From IMG/VR virus record IMGVR_UViG_3300047564_001181, positions 1-64,000 of that record: 64,000 nucleotides of DNA; one strand, written 5' to 3'. The number at the start of each line of letters is the position of its first letter. The stretch's first letter is position 1. Under the pieces are notes generated by a model. It made no database searches. It saw only the letters and a program-made list of their open reading frames with translations, and was not told where the DNA came from. Shown here piece by piece: positions 19,161 through 28,365 of this stretch. The DNA comes from a virus. The position numbers and the translations under genes are program-made.

Positions 19161-20138
19161 TTGCCCGCTGAAATTGAAAGTTTCGCTTCGTATCGTGAAC
19201 CTGCTTGGCACAATCTAGGAACAGTATTTGACCACGAAGTTACTTCGTCTCGTGAAATGCTAAACCTTGCTGGACTTGCAGGTTGGAATGTTCGCTTGGA
19301 GGAAGTCACCTATCCTGAAGGATACACAACTTCACTTCCACAATCATTCAATGTTGTTCGCAATCACCCAACAGACGGAAATCCTGATGTGCTTGGTGTT
19401 GTAGGCTCACGCTACAAAGTTTATCAAAATGAAGAAATGTATGACTTTGCTGATGGCTTGCTTGATGGTGCAAGGTGGGAAACAGGTGGTTCGCTAAAGA
19501 GCGGAACAGTTGTATTCGGTTCACTTGCATTAGAGCGTGAAACTGTGCTTGACCCTAATGGCGTTGCAGATGTTGTCAAGAATTACATCTTGGTTTCATC
19601 TAGTCATAATGGTACAACTTCACTTCAGGCTTCCGTAACACCTACTCGTGTTGTGTGTGCAAATACGCTTGCAGTTGCATTACAAGGTGCAAAGCAATCG
19701 TTCAAAATCCGTCACACTCAATCTATGGACGGCAAAGTTGCTCAGGCTCGTGAGGCGTTAGGTCTAACCCACCAATACCTAGATGAGTTTGATAAACTTG
19801 CTAAGGCTATGATTGAAAAAGAAATCAACGATAAGGTATGGCTTGACATTATCAAGACCGCTTACCCTAAGCCTGAAACAGATGCAAAGGGTTCATTCGT
19901 CAAGTGGGATAACAAGGTTATGGAATTGGAAAGTATCTATCGTGGTGACACCAATTTTATGATTGCTGATACCGCTTGGGGTGCATACAACGCTTTGACA
20001 GAACGCTTGGATTGGTATCGCCCTGTCCGTAGTGGTAATGAAGAAAATGTTTATGCTTCCGCTTCAGGCTTTGATGTTGCAACTCAAAATGAAAAAAATC
20101 GTTTGTTGCAAATTGTAAGCAAAGTTGTTTCGGTCTAA
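19161..20138 (+). CDS. DUF932/DUF945 phage-plasmid protein
   Basis: REPAWH.LG, LGVVG.RY...QN, RVVCANTL, IRHT, TAWG.YNA motifs; TTG start after AAGGAG. Confidence 0.85.
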   Translation: MPAEIESFASYREPAWHNLGTVFDHEVTSSREMLNLAGLAGWNVRLEEVTYPEGYTTSLPQSFNVVRNHPTDGNPDVLGVVGSRYKVYQNEEMYDFADGLLDGARWETGGSLKSGTVVFGSLALERETVLDPNGVADVVKNYILVSSSHNGTTSLQASVTPTRVVCANTLAVALQGAKQSFKIRHTQSMDGKVAQAREALGLTHQYLDEFDKLAKAMIEKEINDKVWLDIIKTAYPKPETDAKGSFVKWDNKVMELESIYRGDTNFMIADTAWGAYNALTERLDWYRPVRSGNEENVYASASGFDVATQNEKNRLLQIVSKVVSV

Positions 20139-20179
20139 CTCTAGCAACCTGAGCAAGTTGTAAAACTGCTCACCTATTT

Positions 20180-20256
20180 GGTTCTGTAGCTCAGTTGGTT
20201 AGAGCGTTGCCCTGTCACGGCAAAGGTCACGAGTTCAAGTCTCGCCAGAATCGCCA
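20180..20256 (+). tRNA. tRNA-Asp(GUC)
   Basis: Cloverleaf; TTGCC-CT-GTC-AC-GGCAA anticodon arm; TTCAAGT T-loop; encoded CCA. Confidence 0.9.
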
Positions 20257-20388
20257 GCGGCGGGGGACCCCGCACTCGGGCGTGTCTATTCATATGAATA
20301 GTCATCTATAAATAGATTACGAGCTTCCAAAAAAAATCACTGGAATTTTGGGCTTGACAAATCCGTGCTTATGGTATAGGGTGTGCCT

Positions 20389-23270
20389 ATGGAAAAAAAC
20401 AACCCTATGATGGAAAAGTATGTAACTATCTCTTGGTGTCCTGCTGATATTAAAGCAGTACGAGAGGAATGGTCTGACGAGAAATGTATGGAAGTATTGT
20501 TAGATGTAGGCGGTTGGCTAGAAGACCGTTCAATTGAATTAGGTTGGGAAGTTCTAGAAACCCTCCTTTTAGACTATGATGAGGAAGAAGAATAATGTTA
20601 CAAGTTTATGAGTTTGACGGAAGTGTAATTCCAGGTAGTTACACTAATTGGTTTGAGGTCTATGAAGCAGAAGATATCCTTAAGCCAATTTACTTTTCAG
20701 ATAGTATTGACAAAGTGGTTAAATACTGTTATGATTCGGGACAGAACTTTGAAATAAATACCCTACAAGCCTACTACAACGAGCACGGAGAAGAATAGTG
20801 ATTAACCTACAGTTCTACACAGTAAGAGAGTTTGACATTGTTTATGATGTTAAACTTGATGAGAAAGACCCAATTGTCCTTAAGTTCCTTGAAGATAATG
20901 AATTATCAGTTAAAGACTTATATGAACTAGACTTTAATCAAAGTTTAGAATTATGGTCAGAGATTATCGGTGACGGAAGTGTTCCACTAGAAGAAGAAAT
21001 CCTAGAAGGCAATGAACGCTTTGTAGACTTGGAGGTTAAGTAATGATAGTTAGATATTGCCACTACTATGATGAGACTCGTGATGACCCCGCCTTTTACA
21101 CATGGGATACGCCTGAATTTGTAGCAAGTGTTTCAGATGGTGTTCGACAACTAGAAGCGTGGACAGTTGGTGAAATGGTTATCTATTTACCCAATGATGT
21201 TACTATTCGTTATGCAGATGATTTAGAAAATGCTGATATCTATTCAGATACACAGTTACACGAAATCGGAAGAACTGATGAAACCCTAAATGCTTGGGAA
21301 CATAACTCATGGATAGAACTCCGTGATTATGAAGGACAATGGATAGGTGATATATTTTCAGGACATGTCTACCATAGCGTTAAAGAAGCCGTAGAAGCCA
21401 TGAAGGAACTTCTAAATAATTCAGAATTTTTATCAGAATACCCTTGTTTAATTTCAGAAAATGTGGTAGGTTAGCCCTATGAATTTGGATAATTTACAAG
21501 CACGGCTACAAGACAATTTAATTACTTACTTATCAGACCTTCCAGATAGTTTAATTGACGGAGTTTGCCAAGTTGTAGTAGATACCTTTAAGGAGAACAA
21601 GTGAAGTATTCAGTAGAAGCCCGACAAATTAACTATGGTCGCTTTGAGATAGAAGCAGACAGCGTAGAAGAAGCACAAGCAATCCTTGATGAATTAATCG
21701 AAGATGATTTCATTAGAGACACAGCAGAGTGGGAAATTGGAGAAATTGAATTGGTAGGTTTACGATAATGTTACCAGACACAATTAACGCTATGAAGATT
21801 ATTACCTATGATGTTAAGAACATTGTAGAAAGTCTTACAGAGAATGATGAACAGCCACGAGAAGTAGATTTAGAAGAAGTTATGGAAGTTGTCAGAGCGT
21901 GGGCTATTGACGACTTTGGAGATAATTGGAATGTCTTTTACCAGACAGATGATGGAGATGAACTCTAATGACATACTACCCAATTCAAGTAAATGTAATT
22001 GTAGATGCAGAGACATTAGAAGAAGCACAACTTAAAGCCACCTTATTTATGCCGTGGACGACATCAGGCAGCGATTGGCATTTGACAGGTCACAAGTATC
22101 TTGCTCAGCCGTGGAAGATTGACCAATGGAATATTGAAGGCACAGACAGTGATGAGATGGACGGCTTGCTGCAACGATTGGGTTACAGATGAACGCCATC
22201 TTTAGCCCAGTAACAAACAAAGCCTATTTTAAGAAACATGGCAAACTCTACGAAGCCCCGTTTGATATAGACACAAAAAACATTGACTTTATGGAGGTCG
22301 CTGTGGTAGACTACTTTTTTCTTACTCCTTTGGAGTTTGAGAACGCTATGGAAATGTTAAATGCATTGGAGGAATATGAAGTACAGTAAGCAAGACATCG
22401 GAGTGTTTATTCCAGGTGTAACAGAGAATGACAGCGTAGAGCAAAACTTCAAGATTATTGACTTTGCTATCACTAATGGATTTGAGATAGATATCCAGGA
22501 ATTGTCTTATGCCAAAGACGAGTATGCAAACGATAAAGACGAACTCGGCTGGGGCTGGTTTGAAGACATTGGTTATGTAACTGAAGAAGCATTAGAGTAT
22601 CTAAATACAAAGTGTGTAGAGCAGGGGGTAGTGTTTACATTTGTAGATACTGACTTTGTTCTACTTGACAGCAACTATGAGAGTGTGGTAGGATAGGGCT
22701 ATGGAAAGACGACTTTATGAATTTGAACCACTATTTAGGCTAACTGATGTTGGCACACACGCACAGGGTAATCCTTTTACCCTACTACAAAGCGTTTATG
22801 AAATGGCTATCTTCAACGGATACTCAGGCGGATTTGTAGATGAAGAAACAGACGAGCCATTAGACACTTGGGAAGGTCTTACTGATGACAACTACCAAGA
22901 ACTGCTAGATAGTGTCCTTGATTACCTGAATACATACAACTGCGTAGATGTAAGGCTTGTGGTAAAAGATGATACCATTCAAGTTGTAGAGGACATTGGC
23001 AACGGATTTGACCCATACTATCGGGAGGAATAATTGCCCCAGAGCAGAGAAGAATCAGGTGCAAAGAAAATTGCAGATATCTTCGCTGACGAAAGACTCA
23101 ATGTGGTACAACTCGGTTATCACTCGTCACTAACATTCACACCTAACATTATTGAAAAGATAAAAGGTTGGATACATTGGCACGAGCAGGTCAGCGAAAA
23201 CATTGAAGTGAGAGATGACGGGGGAATGAATTACATCGATGGGGATTACCTTCAATATATAAAAAGATAA
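20389..23270 (+). CDS. Run of about 12 small, highly acidic hypothetical ORFs (20389, 20595, 20798, 21043, 21478, 21601, 21768, 21968, 22189, 22376, 22701, 23034)
   Basis: Overlapping start/stop coupling; several leaderless starts. Confidence 0.65.
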
Positions 23271-23284
23271 TTAAAATGTTATTG

Positions 23285-23310
23285 CTGCAAGCCTACGGGC
23301 TTGCAGCTTT
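23285..23310 (+). terminator. Intrinsic terminator ending the early region
   Basis: GCTGCAAGCC-tacg-GGCTTGCAGC followed by a short T run. Confidence 0.7.
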
Positions 23311-23403
23311 GGCATACCCAAAAAACGGGGACCATGCCAGGGTCCAGCAAATTGTCGACATATCTCTATATACACATATCCTTATATATCTAAACATACA
23401 TAC

Positions 23404-24020
23404 TTATCCACAATGTTATCCACATATAAATTAGGACAAATTGGTATATATCCACATATTATCCACAAGTTATACACATAGTTATCCACATACTTATACA
23501 CAGGTGTGGATAAACCTGTGGAAAACTTTTATACCTATTTAAAAAAAGATTACGATGGACTCAAAAAATCACGGGGAACTTTTTCATCAGGAATATATTA
23601 CGAAGGCGTGAAAAAATCACTGGAAAGTTATTACGAAGGTGATTAAAAATCACGGGGAGTAATCAGAAGATACTCTGATATAACTTATACTATAGGTAAG
23701 AATACATTAGCTTAAAACCTCCCCAAAATATCTTAAAATCTAGAATTTACATATATGTTTAAATAGAAATACATTACGAATATTCCAAAATATCACAGAA
23801 TATATGGGGAATTTTTGCCTTGTCAATGTCTGTTTATATAAGGATATATACATATGTAAAGGATGTACAAGGATATTTTTATATATATGTAAATAAAGAA
23901 ACATTACGATGGGGGCTGGAAATCACATTATTACTACTTATAATGACTATTTAAACCATATTACATATTTATTTCCTTTTATTACTAAGTTATCCACAGT
24001 TTGGGGGTAATTGTGGATAA
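23404..24020. other. DnaA-box cluster, candidate origin or DnaA titration locus
   Basis: TTATCCACA-type boxes at 23404, 23416, 23448 (1 mismatch), 23459, 23470, 23482, 23494; reverse at 23505, 23517; inverted pair at 23990/24012. Confidence 0.8.
23550..23926. repeat. Bipartite repeat TTACGA-N13-TCAC, 5 copies
   Basis: Copies at 23550, 23598, 23631, 23774, 23904; N14 versions at 11639, 13971, 20317. Confidence 0.75.
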
Positions 24021-24109
24021 CTTTCTCTGATTAAATATAGGACATATCAGACATTTGACTTGTAGTCATAATTCTGATATACTCGTATCAGGTAAATCTA
24101 GGAGGATAA

Positions 24110-24643
24110 GTGACTTGTATAGCTATATTGAGACAAGATGATAAGGTATTTATATCAGGGGAAAGAGCTGTATCTAATGATAGTGAGATTCACTACCTCT
24201 CCACCCCGAAAATTTGGAGAGCTGGAGAGTATCTTATTGGATACGCTGGACACTTATCTGCATTAAGTGTATATCATTCATTTGCTCCTCCACAACCTAG
24301 AGGTTTGCGTGGTAAGGACTTAGATAAGTTTATGTACACGCATTTCCTAGATTATCTAATAAATTTCTACGATAGTAAAGGTATAAAGACCGATGGTCTG
24401 GATTTACTCATTGCGGTAGGAGACCGTATTTACGAGCACTCCTCAGACAATATGTCTTTGTATGTTTACGACACGAATTACAACTCAATTGGTTCAGGTT
24501 CTTCATATGTAATGGCAAGTCTTTTCTCTACCGCCGACTTCGAGCTTTCTGGTCGAGAGCGAGTCAAACTTGCTATGGAATCTGCCTGTAAATTTTCGCC
24601 TTCTTGTGGTGGAAAAATCGATATCTTATCTATGGGAATATAG
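24110..24643 (+). CDS. Ntn-hydrolase, HslV/proteasome-beta-like protein
   Basis: N-terminal (M)TCIA, KI...IGYAG, SIGSGS and final GG motifs. Confidence 0.75.
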   Translation: MTCIAILRQDDKVFISGERAVSNDSEIHYLSTPKIWRAGEYLIGYAGHLSALSVYHSFAPPQPRGLRGKDLDKFMYTHFLDYLINFYDSKGIKTDGLDLLIAVGDRIYEHSSDNMSLYVYDTNYNSIGSGSSYVMASLFSTADFELSGRERVKLAMESACKFSPSCGGKIDILSMGI

Positions 24644-24771
24644 TAAAAAATCTGATAAATTGTCTAATTATTTTTAGATTTTTTATCAGATTTATTTTTA
24701 GATTTTTTTCAAATTTTATTTCAATTTTTAATTAGATTTTTATTTAAAAATCCTATCTAAATATTTTTAGA

Positions 24772-24987
24772 TTATTCGTCTCTTTTCCAATGGATATAGG
24801 ACCTAATATAGACTGCAGCATAGGCTAAGGCAGATATAATGAACCCGTATTGTTCTGTATTAATAGCATAGGCAATCCAGATAAACTCATTGCATAATAG
24901 AATGAGCCAACCCCATACTGTTTTCTTACCAACAAAGAAAATCCCTATTATACCGATTGCCGCAAGAATCCATGACCAATATTCCAT
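24772..24987 (-). CDS. Small membrane protein, PnuC-like fragment
   Basis: Three TM segments; WGW and QYGF. Confidence 0.55.
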   Translation of the reverse strand: MEYWSWILAAIGIIGIFFVGKKTVWGWLILLCNEFIWIAYAINTEQYGFIISALAYAAVYIRSYIHWKRDE

Positions 24988-26592
24988 TATTGTTCCTCTG
25001 GTCTAGTAACTGGATGGTCTAACGGATTCCATTCACCATCTAATGCTTTGATAGTGGGGCATGGGTATTCGATATAGATTGGCTCTTCTATTCCGTCAGA
25101 GCAGATATTTGCATACTCAGTGCATGCTTCACATGCTAGGTCGTCATATGGACCATTTACTGCATTATGTAGGTTATAAACACTTTGAATAGCCGTTACT
25201 AATCTTCCTATAGCATCTTCATCATGCTTGCTTAAAACCGCCTCAATAGCGATATACTTCTTTGTATCGCAAATGCTACACATCTTCTTGCTCTTCATCT
25301 ACTTCTTCTCTGGCATAGAATCCAAAGATATGCAGCATAACCTTTTCACGAATATATTCCATTTCTTCCTTGGAAGCTGGTCTACCATACTTTTCCGCAA
25401 AGTTATCCACAATACTATTAAACATCCCCACAGCCTCATCTGAGAGCTGTTCTGGTGTCTTTTCTATATTAATTTCCGTCATCTAAATACCTATCTATTT
25501 TATCAAACATATCTTCGGTATCTATCATACCAAATCTAAATCTAAGAGCCTGTAAGACATACTTATCTATGGTGTCTAAATGCCCCTGTAAGGCATCCTG
25601 GAGGCTTGTATATCGGTTTACCCACACTTCTTCACCTATGCTGTTAAAAGCCATTGTCTCAAAGATGTAGGGGTTTCCTTCATCGTCCGTTCCATGCCTG
25701 AGACCAAGCCAGACTGTAGATACCATAACTCCATCAATCTCTGATTTACCAATGATTCTAGAGTTATCTTCAAATCTCTCCAACCACTGTGTATATGTGA
25801 TTGGAAGACCATGCATATCAAAGTATTTACTCATCAGAATCAGACTCTTCAGAGTCCTTTTCTTGTAATTTCTGTAGTTTTGCCTTAGTCATTTCAAGGT
25901 CTTTTTCAAGCTTTTCAATCTTATTCTGATAATAAGTTTCTGTAGCGTATGTAAACATTATTTCTTTACTCTCTTTCCATTAGAAACCTTTGCACTAGCC
26001 TTAAGGTTATCAATTTCATCATTAAGTTCTCGAATCTTATCTGAGACCATAAGGACAGCAATAAACCATCCAATCATTACACCTATTGCAAGCATTAAGT
26101 ATAAGGCAAATAGCGTACTCATTTCACTCCTTTGTGACAAGAGCAGTTGCATTCCTGCTCTATATTATTCCAGTCTGTGTACTTAGTTCTACATGTGTCG
26201 TGATGACCTGTAGTACACCAACCAAACTTGCTGTTTGACTTGGTGGCATTAGGATTAATCCTGTCTGCTGTTTTCTTTCTTTTCGGCAAGTCTTAGCCCC
26301 TTTACATCCTCTTGAACTAGGAGTAAAGCATACACGAAACCTTCTAAAAAGTCAAGGTTAAAGTTCTCGTGTTTGCCAGCATTTTTAATATGCTCATCAA
26401 TTCTCTTATATAACCAAGAAAGATTATTTGAAGTATCTTCCATCATCTACCTTCATCATATATAAATCTACATCATTTAATGCACCATTGTAAGTCCATG
26501 TCCACCCAACCATACAGGGTCCGTCAACTTCATCATAGACAACCCAGTAGTAGGACTTTTTCCAAAATGGTTTTTTAGTATCTCTAAAAATT

Positions 26593-27093
26593 TTATACTT
26601 CAACCGTTTGCCTTTGTTCGTGTGTACTCCAGAAATATGTACATCCTTTATCTGGGCAACAAACATATTCCATAAAGATATGACCTTCAGCTTCATATTC
26701 AGCATAGTGGGCTGGGTCTTTTTCCCATAAGCGACCACGATGTGTAATCATAACTCGGTTATGCATATCTTCATCTTCCATCCAGAATGGTCTTTCGTAT
26801 GGCTGGTCAACAAAGTGACGCTTATAGGTATCCTTAATTACTTCCCAATTATTTTCCCACTTATATCCACGCTGTTCCATCTCTGTACGAATAGCCTTTA
26901 AGTAGAAATATAGGTCGTGCTCATAGCCCTTAAACATTTTAACTGCTGGATGATTACGCCATGCATTGCTAGGAGACTCTCCAGCCAGCACAGTCATAAT
27001 CTGACGACCCTCTAGTAATTGTTTAACTAAGCGTTTATAGTCTAAAACTTCTGCACAATGCTTAAAGTTTGCTTCTGGTAAAAATACTTGCAT
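26593..27093 (-). CDS. Pyrimidine-dimer DNA glycosylase-like protein (MSMEG_6728/DenV-related)
   Basis: MQVFLP...LD.KRL.KQ..E..Q...W.NHPAV.M..GYE. Confidence 0.75.
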   Translation of the reverse strand: MQVFLPEANFKHCAEVLDYKRLVKQLLEGRQIMTVLAGESPSNAWRNHPAVKMFKGYEHDLYFYLKAIRTEMEQRGYKWENNWEVIKDTYKRHFVDQPYERPFWMEDEDMHNRVMITHRGRLWEKDPAHYAEYEAEGHIFMEYVCCPDKGCTYFWSTHEQRQTVEV

Positions 27094-27904
27094 TTTGTTC
27101 CTTATGGTTGGTTTGCAATAAAGGCTGACACTGCTTCGGTATAAGCCTCTGTTGAATAAATTAAATCTTCAATATGAGTATTATAGCCCTCTTTGAAGGT
27201 ATTGTCAAGGTATTGTTGCAAACCTTTTGAGAACCAATCTACAAAATAATCGTTAGAAAAGTGTCGAGTGGTCTTCATTGCTATCTCCAACATAAACATC
27301 CGCTATTCCTGCATTTTTAAGAAACGCAAATGTAGCCATTAGCCACTCACGAGACTCACAGGTAAAACATCCACAGTAGGCATCGAATGGCTGCCAACCT
27401 TCTGGAAGTTCACTTTCATCTGCATGAAGAGACTCAAAGCAATTAGACATATGAAACTCTAAATATGCTTCCAGTTCTTTTGCTAAATTTTCAGGTATTA
27501 CAATTTCTGGTATCATTTTACCCACGATTCTGTTTGATATGTGTACTGTGGACAAAAATGTTCTACGCTTTCCTTTACAATAATTGCTCCATAAATAAAG
27601 GTAGAATCATTTCGCTTTTGTTGGTCAAAGACTACTGCGAATATTGCATCATCCGCACTCTGACCGCTATCTAGAATTCCGCATACGAACTCTGATAGAC
27701 TTAGGAGCTTTTCATCATTTTGTAATTCAACAATCTTATGATTAATTTCTCTTAGCTCCTGTATATATTTATCTTTAGCTAGTTTTTCTTCGAACTTATA
27801 TGTAGTTCCAATAGTTGCTGTGGTTGCAATTACGATTGCAAGACCAATAAAAAAGTTTTTCATAGGAGAATATTACCATATCTCTCTGGGTTTGTCAATA
27901 GGAA

Positions 27905-27929
27905 ATCCCCCAGCCGTAGCTAGGGGGAA
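27905..27929. terminator. Hairpin, possible terminator
   Basis: TCCCCC-AGC-cgta-GCT-AGGGGGA. Confidence 0.4.
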
Positions 27930-27948
27930 ATCCGTAAGTATAATTATA

Positions 27949-28182
27949 CTATCTTTTAGCTCTCTTGTCAACCTTAACGAAAGCCTCATTTATTTCATCT
28001 TTAGATAGTTTACCATCTTGTAGGTATGCTCTAGCTAGAGACTCTACAACTGTTGCAACGCCCAAGCCACCAGCCAATACTGCTGCTTGCCAAACCTCAA
28101 TGCCAACCAAAGAGCCAGCACCAATAACGCCTAGACCATTTGCAGCAAAGACAGCAACTATTCTCAATAGAATATTATTCAT
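27949..28182 (-). CDS. Membrane protein, holin-like
   Basis: Two TM helices and a DGKLS..EI motif. Confidence 0.5.
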   Translation of the reverse strand: MNNILLRIVAVFAANGLGVIGAGSLVGIEVWQAAVLAGGLGVATVVESLARAYLQDGKLSKDEINEAFVKVDKRAKR

Positions 28183-28365
28183 CTTTGTCACCACCCTCTC
28201 TTATGTATAGAGTAAGTAGCCAAATTGCCAATGAAAATAAAATTGCATTTCCAATAACTGTTTTAGCACTTCCCTCAAGAACGCACCATGCGGTGAACAT
28301 TCCAAGCAGAGTCCAAATCTGATTTAATGTCTCAATGAATGAGTCTTTAATCCATTTTAGTAGTT

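Larger units (their letters stand above)
16217..20172 (+). ncRNA. Repeated small H-type pseudoknot motif, 5 copies
   Basis: Copies 16217-16243, 16302-16331, 17297-17323, 17362-17389, 20144-20172, with compensatory changes in both stems. Confidence 0.65.
6482..20273. repeat. Dispersed cassette-border element GCGGGGGACCCC(GC), 15 copies in both orientations
   Basis: Copies near 6482, 7427, 8597, 8914, 9607, 10818, 11594, 11611, 12841, 13933, 15064, 16347, 17408, 19019, 20260; degenerate copy near 23326; all intergenic. Confidence 0.9.
11890..24083 (+). promoter_or_regulatory. Series of canonical sigma-A promoters (TTGACA/TTGACT-N17/18-TANNNT)
   Basis: -35 near 11890, 14016, 15126, 15704, 16397, 16794, 17454, 19095, 20354, 22665, 24055. 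Confidence 0.75.

Noticed and set aside
6482-20273. CRISPR array or integron interpretation of the dispersed repeats
   Set aside because: Repeats are short, variably spaced by hundreds of bp to kb, lack attC R/L boxes, and there is no cas operon or integrase. The Cas4-like gene sits in the recombination module as in many phages.
6482-20273. Border elements as ordinary intrinsic terminators
   Set aside because: Almost no U-tracts, minimal loops and both orientations used; not excluded, but not preferred
24645-24770. AT-rich TTTTTAGATTTT repeats
   Set aside because: Low-complexity spacer between convergent genes with no further structure evident
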